A stretch of DNA of 64,000 nt. Source: Bugula neritina (Eukaryota > Animalia > Bryozoa). The notes under the pieces were generated by a model. That model did not search any database. It saw only the letters and a program-made list of their open reading frames with translations, and was not told the DNA's origin. Shown here piece after piece: positions 1 to 12,800 of this stretch. The translations under genes and the position numbers were made by a program. Numbering within the stretch: the first letter of the stretch is position 1; each line of letters starts with the position of its first letter. The stretch spans positions 7,345,751 through 7,409,750 of the forward strand of contig OZ037773.1 in NCBI GenBank assembly GCA_964035545.1, in the 5' to 3' direction.

Positions 1-851
1 AAGATCTCTATCTCATCCCAGCACCGAGAGTGAATGAGGAAATTTTTGTAAGAATAAGTTTGACTAGCCATAGTGAACATGGGGTTTAACTCAATGCCAA
101 AGGTGACTTAACATACTATTGCTAGTTCAACAATGCTTCAGTATGAACTGTAGAGAGTACACTTTAATGGAGCATCAATGAGTGATGGAAGTATCAGATG
201 AACATATAATATCTGGCAAACCTCTTGACTTGCACTAAATTGAAGCAAAAAATGCCGAGATATGAGTGAGAACTGGCGTTTAATGGACATAAAAAGGAGG
301 AGCCGAGGTCAAAGGGGCAATCAAAGGGCAAACACCTACTACCAACGAAGATATCACTGAAACACCATGGCTTTGATGAAAGCATTATCATTTTATCTTA
401 ATTTTATTGCCTAATTATTTTTATGTATAACAAATTTAGACTTCAAAGCCTACTGTTTGCTGCAAATCTCTTATTGGCATCTTTCCCACTGGATAATTAC
501 AAAATTAAATTTATTCGGTAAACAAAATTTTAATTTAGCCATTCACAAAAAGTAAAGATTTATGACTACCCTTCTATACTAATACTAAATCTAGCCCATT
601 GCCATTGCTGGAGAGCTAGACTACTATTAGCAATAGACTAGCAAGCTGATGAGACAACTCCCATAATACACTCAGTACTGAAAAATCCTACAAATCACTA
701 TTTTCTAGAAGCTTCTGCAGTGTGAATGCACCAATATGAGACTAAGACCGCCTCAGTTCTCGAACGCACCAGAGACTGCAGGGTGGGTGCATGTGCAACT
801 GTCACCATAAAACTGGGCTATTGTGGACAGAGAAAGCTAACGTCTGCTTAC

Positions 852-3800
852 AGAGGAAGACATTGTTTTGCCGAGAGTTTCCGTGGGAGACGTGACTTGC
901 GGACATCTGCTCGCTGCCGGCAGCACGGCGCTGCCATTGTGTTTAGTGGAAGAGACCTCTGGTGGGGTAGACTCGCTGGACTGACTGCTCTGTCGTCTAG
1001 GGTAGCTAGGAGGGTGGTTAGTAGGTGTGTGTGAGTTAGCCTGTGAACAGTGCTGTGGAATGACGGGGTGTGCTTGTGCAGTTTGCATGTATACCTGTAA
1101 CAAGACAGGGGAGATGAATGCGTGCCCGTGGGTTATCTAGCCAGTATTCAAACAGCACACAATTTAGCTTAGCAAATTAGCATATAGTGTGACCTAGTAA
1201 AGGTATTGCAAGTCCTGTAACCACTTGCATACAGTTTCTACAAGTTTTCTATGCTAAGGGAAGACAAATTCTAACTGAGATATTACTTAAATTACATCTA
1301 GTATTTTGACAATGAGTCAGTAAGGTTTAAAAACTGAAAGAAGGTACTGACAACCTAGATTTCTCAAAAGAATGACTGCTGCTATGAAATAACTAGTACT
1401 AGTATTCACATTCAAATATAAATATAATGACTAATAAGTAACCATCCACAACTGATGGCTTATAATTATAACAACGAATTACACTATTAGAAGTGATATA
1501 GCAGCTTTAGGTGGGGTTAAAGTTTAATGCTTGTGCCTTCGAGTTAGACTACACCACAGTTGGCAGTTGCTGAATGAAAAAGTTCAGCTCTGGACATAGA
1601 GAACTATAGAAGCAAACACTAGCAACCACTTGCTCACACATGCTAAGGAACAACAATGACACCAGTGCCCTCTATGGCTGGTAGGCAGACTATTACAAAG
1701 TTATTGCCAAACATACAAACAATCAAATATTGCAGAAGAGTAAAGAGAGATAGCGCTGCAGCACCTACCATTTGCGGTATATGAGCTTGAGGTGGAGCTG
1801 TGTTGGCAGGTGGTTGCATGTAGTTCTGTGGTGCATATGGACTCCGGATTAAGGGAGGTGGTTGACATGGATATACACTCCCATCTGCAGACATAGAATG
1901 AGAAATTGATGATCATATTGTTAATAAACAAACGGTAACACTTGAGCAAGCATTGATTCAGATTAGCATGTAACAAGCTGTGTTGCTTCAAGCTTCTTTT
2001 CTAGTAGCCATTTTAAACTTTAAATAAAAATTCCCTACTCTACCTTCAAGCAAGTACGTAAACAGCATTTGGCATCATGAGTCAGCTTTTAGTGAAAAGG
2101 AAGTTTTTGCCAAACAACTTAAGAGACAAGTAGTATTGTTTATCAAAATTTAGTCTGTGGATGCAATAACTCTATCTACTCACGAGCTGCATAGTATGGT
2201 GTGGGTAAGGATTCAGCCGTCCCATGAGCATTATATTGGTGATAGGATTGGTACCCAGGCTACAAAGGAAAATCAAGATGAAACAACTCCTTGAGTAAAG
2301 TAAAACTTTTTTTGAAGGGGAAAAACAACAAAAATAACAAAATGACACTCATGTAAAAAATATTTGCTAATGAGGGAGGATTACATGGCCAACAAATGTT
2401 CTTGTAGTCATTGATTTAATATGATAAAACTGACATAGGATATTGTGATTAGTGAACATAGCACCTTGAAGCCCATGCTCTAAGGTGTCACTAATATGAC
2501 AGCAGGTTGACATGGTGATGACACCTAAGCAGATAACATTACAGGGCAACTGTGAGAACTTGTCAACCAATGAGTATATAATATATTAGATATGATGGAG
2601 CAGTACACCAATACAGCAGCTCAATAGAGAAAGGAATAAACTGACACATATACTAAGCCAACAATTTGAATAAAAATGGTCCTGAAGTTAGCACTTAGTA
2701 TAATAGGTTGTAACTGTAGGCATTAGTCAATAGTTTAGTAATTGGTTGCTAGTAACTGTCTGTAAAATTAACAGTGACATATCTCACTTTAACTGAAAGT
2801 GTGGAGAATAAGGTTGGTGGTAGTTTACACCTGGAATGAAGGCAAATGTGTTAACATCGAAGAAACCAACCTAACAGCTAGTAGCAGAACTGTATAAGAA
2901 TTGGTAGACAGAAGGTAACTAAAGCTAATCAGTGAGTGCCAACTTGCATAGATTAGTTGTAATTAATAATTTTGCAAAAACATCAAGTAGCTTTATTAGC
3001 TTTTCGTGGAGTGCTCGTAGTAAAAGCAGTCACTTCATAACCTTTGTACACTGAAGGTGAATTCACATGTCAACCGATAGTTGAGTATCAAAGGTAAGGG
3101 AATAAATTGTAATCAATAGTCTGAATGATATATTCCCATGTTTATTTCTGCATACAATTTACATAAATCACTGTGATCTCAGCGAAAATGTTTAACTACA
3201 AAGAAAATTGAAAAAAATAGTTTCAAGAAAATGTTGGAACCATTAATCAAAACATAACATTGCCAAAATATATTTGAAATTCAGACAACAGAGATAGGTT
3301 TAACCACAAAATAGCAATAGTTTATTATCCAGTCACGGAGTGACAGTCTAATACCTGTAGAATAGCATTGACTTACACACAGTTAGCTTTTTTTAAATTT
3401 GACACAAGACTGGTTTTTAAAATTATATCGATTATTTTTTTTGCTATTTTTTTGCGATTAACTCATACAAGAAAACTTTAGAAGCAGTAAAACAGTATTT
3501 GGTAGAGTATTCCACCAGACAGCCTTGTATGAATGACAAAGCAAGTTACTGGACCCAACATTTTATTGGCATGCAAATGTAGTGCCAGCTTGACATTATC
3601 AAGGAAAAAATTATTTCTGCAATTAGCCAAATAAATTCTGTCATAGCAATTTCTACTTATGATATGCAAAGAATTGAAAAAAAATTAAATAAATTAGTGA
3701 ATGAAAATGATGGGATAAAACCATTTAATGTTATTAAAGTTATTGTTTTTAAATTACTCTGCCTTAAATTCTGAAGAACATTAAACAAAGCTACTGAGTT

Positions 3801-6800
3801 TTACAGACACCTCGAAAGTAGCTACCCAAATGGCAGGTGAACGGTAATAATAGTTACTAAAGTAGAAACTACACAGTGAAACCTCAAAACCACAACCTAA
3901 CGTCGTGTAAGATTAATTGGTTTCTTCATTTCATAGGAATCAAACCATTTCATCTTTTATAAAATATTTGTAACAAAAGAGGGCGGAGAACCGCGGCCGA
4001 TGCGTAGCGAGGTTAGTTGTAACTTGCAAATCAATAGTACAGTAGCCATAATCGAAGTGAAGTCGCACTTTACCAGCCAAACTAAACTAACAAGGACCGG
4101 AAACGAAATAAAAACATCATTAGAGAGTGACTTATAATAACACTTCGTCAATGGTGAACTACAGAAGCAGTTAGTCCATTGTACTAAGTTAGGTTATTCT
4201 GCTAGTAAGAGACATGCATATTTGGGATTATACATCCACAGCATGCTTTTTCAAAATACTAGCAAATCTAGTAAATACTAAATTAGAACCTAAAAGCCAT
4301 GTGATGGCAGGTAATAAAAATGAAACTAAGAATGAAATAAAGTTTCATAAGAATTTCCAATAACATTTTTGAACACGGATTTTGTTTTTATCTTTGTAAA
4401 CCTTCCCCAAACTTTTTCTTATGTACATGCAATCAACAAGTGTATTTAACTTTCCAAAAAAGTTTTACCTATTTAAATACATCCTGAGGGTACATTTTGG
4501 AGCTTCGATGCTATTCAGAAAGCAATAATAACGTGTATCAGAACTTCTAAATTTGTCTCTTTTACAATAATTTATTATAAGTGTTATAATGTTTTCTCTT
4601 TCCCATGTTGTATATTCATAATGCTACCTAATTGGTACATTTTATAATTTCTCTTGTTTTACATTCTCTGAAATACTTAAAGCTATTAGTTACATAACTC
4701 TGGAGCTAAAAGAATAAGTGTTACAGCAAGCCATAGCAAATTATTACTTAAAACCATAGTAAACTAGCTGATGTGATGAAAATACAATCATTGAAAGTCT
4801 TAAGCTTCCAGAACTAATATTTATTTACTAATTTACCTTATAATTACCAGACAGATTATAGTCTGTTATTCATATTTCAAGAGCTCAACATAATTACAGT
4901 TGCAATCGATTAATTTTCCCAGAGGTTGCAAGTCCTTGGACGTTTAGAATATGTAATTATTGAAGAGGAATGACTAATGTGGCACTATGTAATTCTTCAC
5001 CAGAAATGAGACAATCAGACTTAACTAGCTACTGTATAGTAACTCTTAACTATAACTAACTGCTGTGTAGTAATTCTTAACTATTACTAACTGCAGTGTA
5101 GTAACTCTTAACTATAACTAGCTACTGTGTAGTAACTCATAACTAGCTACTGTGTAGTAACTCATAACTAGCTACTGTGTAGTAACTTAGAACTAGCTAC
5201 TGTCACTGTGGAGTAACTTAAAACTAACAAGTGCAAGACTGCTCTAAAATTTAAATTTTATACAATAAATAACCAAACTTAATTTAGTAGCTCTAAATAA
5301 ATATACCCTAATGTTTTTGAAAACTATGATAGGCTGTTGGTGTGAGGTTTATAAAGATAACCTGAAATTTTATTTTGTTTTGTATTTCAGATTTGTCAAG
5401 ATATGTAGAGTTTAATAGTTGGCTAAATAAACATAATATGACATGATATGATGATTGTGAGGTTTTAATTTTATGTTTGTAACAGATGAAGTAACTTTTT
5501 GCACATCGACATTCATAGAATTATGTAATTTTTATAACAATATTCTACCTGTGTTGGCTGATCTCGACTGGCGTAGTAATGTTGTATAGAGGGTGGTCGG
5601 CCGTTGGGGTGCTGATTTCCGTTGAGCATTTTGTAATCCGTAACAGTCGATACCTTATGACTTATCAATACGACTCTTAGTGCTAAATATTATAATGTTA
5701 GCAGATGAACTTTTTGCCCTTAATTACGAGTCAGTACGTCCAGTTCCAACTAGATAATCAGTGTGATTGCGACCGCAGTCATTTCAGATTCCTCCAGTTT
5801 GAATTTTACTAAATTAACTTACGCTACTAAAAACTTGTCATGAGCACTTTAGTGTTGATGTTAATGCTAGCAATCTATAAACAAGCAATTATTTTTACAA
5901 TTACACAAGTCTGCATCATATAAAGCTCCAGGAAAACCCACGAAAATTCTGCGTGAAAAGCGAGCTCCCTACAGCCGCGTTTGTCGACTTTGTTTCATCA
6001 CTGCGCTATATCCCGCTGAAGGGGTACGCGCAGTGATTCACGGATTACTTGCTACGGTTGGCCAATGGATGGAATAACTGCTAAGAGGTTAGAGGTCACC
6101 CATCAAAAGCTCTTAGCATTTCAGCCTTTGTTTGATGATGAAGAGGGAATACAAAGAAAAACAAACCACAACAAGCTCAGTATGTAAATAAATAAGCCGC
6201 AGTTTCTGAAAGACTGCAACCTCAAATTTTTGAGCAGGTGTTCCAGACAAGCCAACCTCGAGTTTAATTAAGAAAGTTACGTTTCGCCATGGGTTACACC
6301 CTTTAGCTAATGATGTTATATCATTCTGGCTGATCAATTTCTTGAAAGCTTCAGCAAAAGTACAAATTAATCCAGACTGTGTTTCTCCCACATGGTTTGC
6401 TGTAAATTTAATTCTAGAACAGCTTGTAAACCCTTTATGGATACTCTTTAGCAGCAAATCCATAGATCACATTCTACAGGTTCTATTACTATATTCTGAT
6501 TAAATGTAAGCTGCACTAATCAGTGTCTAATAATCAATAATGTTAAAGAAGCAGCAAACTTTTGTCCTGATTCATCAATAAATGGATGCCGAGGCATAAA
6601 AGCTGAAAAGGCTATAATGATAACAATAAAAAATTTTCAGCACACTTGCATCAGCTGTCATCCAGGTTTTGGATGGAGTGCAGAGGGGACAGAGTTAGTA
6701 AACCCATGCTACTTACCCAGTAAGTTACCGTTAGAGAGATATTATTTTAAATTCTTTCTCACCTGTTTTAGGTCCTTATGGTTAAGATCCACTACAATAT

Positions 6801-9800
6801 AAACAACATCTTATTGAGCTACTCGGACACTACATTGCAATAAGGAAAGTCTAAATCTGATTTTTATAATTACTGAAAAGTTTAGCTTTTGGAATCCTAA
6901 AGCAGAGCATGGGGCATGGCTTTAACAAACTGATGGAGTTTACTAAAAGTGTGGAGAGCTTTAGTCTACCACCTCCCCACACTTTCTGTAGGTTTTTAGA
7001 TCAGCCTGCTCAGACCAAGCCTATGTTTTCCATAGATGTGAAGTTCACAAGCTACTATCACATTTCCTGTCCTAGTCCATAAACTACCAGACTCTATTTT
7101 ATTACTCTACAGCTAGTGAAACAAAAGCAAGAATATCATTCCCCATCTATCACCCATCTGCCATTCAACAATGAAGACTTATATACACAGCATATACTGA
7201 GGAATGTAGCTTTCTTTTTCCAATAGCTAGTTTTTGCTCTCTCCCATTAGCAAGTCTGTATTACAGTCACTAAGTAGGCTTACTGAGATCACTTTTAGGC
7301 AGCTTACACAAATAGATGGCAGCAGATAGTGTTGTATTGGAGTTTACAAGCTTTTTGTGTGTCTGAATATATTATATAGGGCATTGGACCCTGTTTTGCC
7401 TCTCTCTATGCAAGCACAGTGTTTGGCTGCTGGAATTACCAACTGATCTAGCCACTACTTAGGTTTGCAGACTGTATTAGGATCACGCAACAACTATACA
7501 CTCATCAGGTGTATTATTCTCCCATAATCTTAATCCACATGTAAGACAAATTAATTACACATTAATAAGATAGTCTGATGCTGCAACCTAGCCTGGAGTT
7601 TAATTTTCTCAACCTATTTCTAGTTATATGTTTGTCATAAGTCCCTAAACTTCCCATCGCTCTAGACAGCTTGAACTACTCAAGGGCTATCATTTTACAT
7701 GCTTTATAAAACCAAATGTTTCCGTTGAAGAGCTGGTTGCATGACAACTTCCTAATATAGTATCTGTTGTACCTCCGTAATATAATTCTGTATATAGTAT
7801 ATTACTGTACTGTAATTTTTGAATTCATTTCTAAAATCTTTGTTTTGATGGTAGACTTATAGATAGAATGTTATAATGTATAATATTGCAGCCATGTGAT
7901 TAATATCTTAATATCTTTATAGAATAGACAACCCTTACAATAAAAGGTGAGGAAGGCCAACATTGGCAGCTGCAATTATAAGATGTGTGTGAGTGTGTGT
8001 GTGAGTGTGTGTGTGAGTGTGTGTGTGAGTGTGTGTGTGAGTGTGTGTGTGAGTGTGTGTGTGTGAGTGTGTGTGTGAGTGTGTGTGTGAGTGTGTGTGT
8101 GTGTGTGTGTGTGAGTGTGTGTGAGTGTGTGTGAGTGTGTGTGAGTGTGTGTGAGTGTGTGTGTGTGTGTGTGTGAGTGTGTGTGAGTGTGTGTGAGTGT
8201 GTGTGTGTGTGTGAGTGCGAGTGAGTGTGCGAGTGTGTGCGAGTGTGTGAGTGTGTGTGTGTTGTGTGTGTGTGTGTTTGGCAATTCTCTAAACTTGGTA
8301 AACTAATTGCCAAAATTTGTCCCATTTCAAAACTATTAAAGGGTTAACAAATTCATATCCTGTTTGAAATCTCTACCACACCTAATGTCTGGCGTTATCT
8401 AATATTCTTTTTCTGTTAGGATGCAGTTTAATTATTGCAGTTTGTTTCAAAATTCTATCAAACTAAAGAGTTATAGCGTAGGGTGAGTCAACTAAGTTGT
8501 TATAAATTAATTAACTTTTCTGATCACAAATGAAGTTTAAAATATATCCCAACTGTCACTCCTGAATTAACAATTAGCTTTTCACACATTCTAGTTATTC
8601 TAGCATTAATGCAATGACAGTTTTTGGACCCCAACTTTATATTTCTGTATAATGAAATGATCCAAAAACCACCCTAATTTGCATAATACTGTATTAGCCG
8701 TACAATAAATTACGTATTATATGTTACACAACAGGCAATTTACTATGCGCAGGGAGATATCAAAAGTTCATATTATTTTTTATTACCGTTTCAGTTATGG
8801 TTGAATGAAATATTATTATTAAACACTCACTTTGGTTCTTGGAATTGTGGGAGCTCGCCATCATCTGAAATAAAAAGTTTAAGAGTAATAAGAAAAATGA
8901 ATCAACCAAACCTACATAGTTCTACATAGTTGATTTAGTGTTTGCGTAATCCTTCTATATATAGACACAGCAAATAGCTCAGGAATGTCACACACTGGTT
9001 TCTTCACAGAAGCAGTGGTATGGTGAGAAGGCCGATGGATATGTTAGCAGACAAGTTGAGCAATACTCTATCGGCTGCCAACTCATGAGTCACCTTGTGC
9101 TGAAGGTCACTGTAATACGTCCTTCACACGCAGGAGCAGACAACTTCTTTAAAAAGTTTGGCTCCCAATTTGTTGATAATTTTCAAAAATTTATTTATTG
9201 CCTATACTTGGTGCCACTATATGAATATTACAACATGCACCTGATTTTAAGCCACTTTTAGTCAAAATCTCTAAAAGAATATTTAAATTACCACAGGGAG
9301 AAACAGAAAATTGAAACTTTTCAAAATTAAAATGTTCAGCTTTATTAAATCTATGAACTTATGCAGGAAATTCAATATAATTATACACCATACGTTTTAA
9401 CTTGTAACTTGTGTATCTTAATAGTTAGAGTTATTTGTTTTGTTTAGGCTATGGCAAGTCATAAGTAGGGAAAGCAACATAAGTGGTGTGCTTATATAAT
9501 GCATTCTATGGTAAAGGTAGAAAGCACAGTAAAAATATTTGGCATTCTTACAATTACTATAGTTTATTCTAAAGAGAACAAGTTTGAGTTAATCAGTAAA
9601 TGACCAATTCAAATATTACTAAAATCTAAACCATCCAAACAGATTTACTGCTGATATTCACTGGCATGCAGTTTGCTTAAGGACAAGGTCAGCATAGGAT
9701 GAAGCTGCTGGTAACAACCACCAGTTAGTATTACAAAATGCTGCGCAGATGAGATCAGACCAACAAAGTTGTAAATTAGGTTATGAAGGCTCTCTGGAGA

Positions 9801-12800
9801 CCAACAATATAAAGTCCTGTTGTTATGGAAAGCCATGTTGAGATATACTATTCACTTCCTAGACAATTAGATACTTTCATTAAGGCGATTAGTGATCAGG
9901 AATGAAATATGACTTAGAGAAAAACAAGTTTATTCTCATTAATTGCTAATTAGATTGTTTTCGAAAGTTTTTTTTAAATAAGTTTTATTAACAGGTGACT
10001 TGAGCAGTTATTGCAGAAGTTCCATGTTTGATAACGGTTTGAAAAGGTTTGCCCTTATGTTATTTGTCAGGCAGAAGTATTTAGACTATTTGCGGCAAGA
10101 GAATTTTTTAGCCTAATGGTTTACAAGAGAAGGTTCTGCAGGAATAGAGAATCGTGACAAGTGCATTCTAACACTCTTTGGTAGCTAAGGCTATGCAAGG
10201 CTACAGGCAAAGAAAAAACAACTAATGGAGATAATATTATTTTTATTCTATAAAATATATTTAGGGGCAACTAACATAGGAGTACAACTAAACTATATGG
10301 TAGCCTTGATGTGGGCAGAAGTTAGACTGATTCACTGTCCATTAGTGAGACTATAATACCGTGTAGCTTAAGATTTCTGTTCTTTAAATTTTTATAAGAC
10401 AGAGCTTGAAGAGTTGGTTCCATTGTAAAGGGAGTGTTTATTGCATTTTAAATGGAAGTTTATGATTTGTTTTAAAGGCTTATATAGTAATGTACGCAAC
10501 AGGAGTGAATGAATTATTACATAGCTAAAGCTAACTAGTTACTTATTGTTTAATTACCACACAGTATAGTTACCTGCGTAGTTGGACTCGTACTAGAATA
10601 TGTGTTGGAGTAGTTGGAAGAGTTGTCAGCACTTGCTGACTTCATTTCTGGGTACATTTCTGGTGAAAAGCCCGGCATGGTGTGCTAAAAGATACAATTC
10701 AACACAATACTTAATGTTAAGTTACAAATTCAAACACTTTTTTCACCTACTCCACTTAAAGTAAAAATGCAAACTGCTAGTGGATGGGTTAGTTTGATGG
10801 ACTGATTCTGTTCCACTGATAAATATTTACAACAAAATAAATTAGTCAAGCTAGTTTAAGTTGTTGATGAAAACTTGGTATGTGACAATCTTTATACGAT
10901 GCAAAAACACTGTTTGCTGAAACTTTTCCACTCTTGCAGAGTTACTAATCATTTTAAACAAGCCAACCGCAGAATATTTTAATCTGTGACTTTATAGTTT
11001 CGGATAGAATAAAGCCATACAAAATGGAAAGCATTAGATACTGTTTACCATTCCCATATTCAGTGCCTTTACTAGTTCAACTACAGGGTTACTTACTCTT
11101 AAATCTGCACACTCTGGCCAAGCTGGTCCTCCGCTCTCTAAAACATGTATAATGAAATAATAGAGAAATTGCGTAATAAATGGCACTTCTTACCTTCTAG
11201 TTCTATAACTGTGTGAGAATTATGTGTGGGAGACACCGACTGGCTGTGATGAAATGGCAACAGTTATTAACCTATTGTTTGGCAAGACATAAATTTCAGC
11301 TTTATTCAGCGTAGCCTTAGAGAGGTCTAAAATAAAGCCCACCTTCTAGCTGAATGGTGGTTGTTATTACTCTTAGAGAAGCTTTACCAAAGAATTGAGG
11401 ACTTTCAGCCAGGATTTTCAGCTTTATTTTGCTTTTAGGTCAAACGGCTTTAGCCCTTAGATAATGACTATGGATAGCTAAAGCCAATGTGTATATTTAG
11501 CAAACTAAACAAAATAGTATAAATAATTATTATGATAATAAACTTGGGTTAGGTAATTTACATTTTTGGCATCTAGACGTTATGCAATCAGTAACTCCAT
11601 TGAGAAAAGGTGTATGTTTGTTTGTATCAAGAGATGTAAAGCAATGTTTGCTTGACACGGCAGTGAAAAATTGGAACTTCAACATTGTTAAATTACGGTG
11701 TTGCTGAAGCTGACTGGGCCCAGCATTGCTACAGCCAAGTGTTTTTCCCTGCTGTATGTATGCAGCAGAAGGATGTGAAGAGTGTGTGCAGACGTGAAGT
11801 GTATTGAGCCCAGCACAACCACCCTTTAATTAAATTCCATAAAGACACTTGAAGGTTATAAGCCTGACACCTGGACCCCATTCACGCATTAATAGCAACA
11901 TAAAACATATAATATCAATCAATTGTCTAAAAGTAAACAAATTGGAAACTGTATAATATGTATAGGTTCAAAGCTGTGGAATTACGGGACATATCTGATT
12001 CATGGCACCTTCCAGTGAGGGACTCAGCAGTGAATGAGATTTGAGGGCCGGTGGGTGCAAGTGAGTGTGCTAGGAGAGTGTGGAGGTGGTGTGATCAGTG
12101 CCCAATGATACTGATTATTACAAAACCCGCTGATCAGTGCACTCGGCTTTGGGCAAGCAGCATATAAATACAAATTAGCGATACAAAAAACCGATAGCAA
12201 TTTGTTGTGATGAATGAAAGATAACAATAAACTCGCAATGATCCCTTGGGCTTAGTGCAGTTATTGTTTTTATACAAAAGAGAAAGTTGGATGCGGTGAA
12301 TCATGTGCCACAACTATTTACTCACAGCATAAGATGAGTCATGCTACATGTAACCTACTACAGTTCCCAGTTCTTCACGGCTACAGCAAGCCGGCCCACG
12401 TGCACCTTCGACAACTTGTGTGAGAAAACTTTCTCATAAGAAATTTACAAATTCGGTATCTTTTGATTTTCAAGTATACTGTCTTTTGCAGGCATTGGGA
12501 AAGATGCTGCTCCTACATAATTGCTTGTTTGTACATAATTAGCACGTATAGAGAATATTGTGTGACTCCTCCCAGTTTATAATATAGAAATATCTTTATG
12601 TTGTGTTTAGTTATTTATTACATGTATTTCTCAGATTCACGTGGGAGCCCCTAATGGTAAGGGTTTTCACAGGGCTAAATATTGTGCCCCTTACTATGTC
12701 AGCAACATGGCTTAAGAACATTGGCTGTAGCAGAAAAGAAACTATGACTAGATGCTTTCTAATGACCGGTAAGATTCGAACCTGTGGCCCAGTATAGGTG

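Noticed and set aside
5630-5682. In-frame upstream extension of the 5629 exon to an AG at 5683, joining exon 8831
   Set aside because: Phase-compatible, but the acceptor is weak and the 29-nt microexon 6791-6763 explains the join better; not excluded.
7900-8325. 141-aa and 102-aa His/Thr-repeat ORFs
   Set aside because: Translations of the (GT)n microsatellite.
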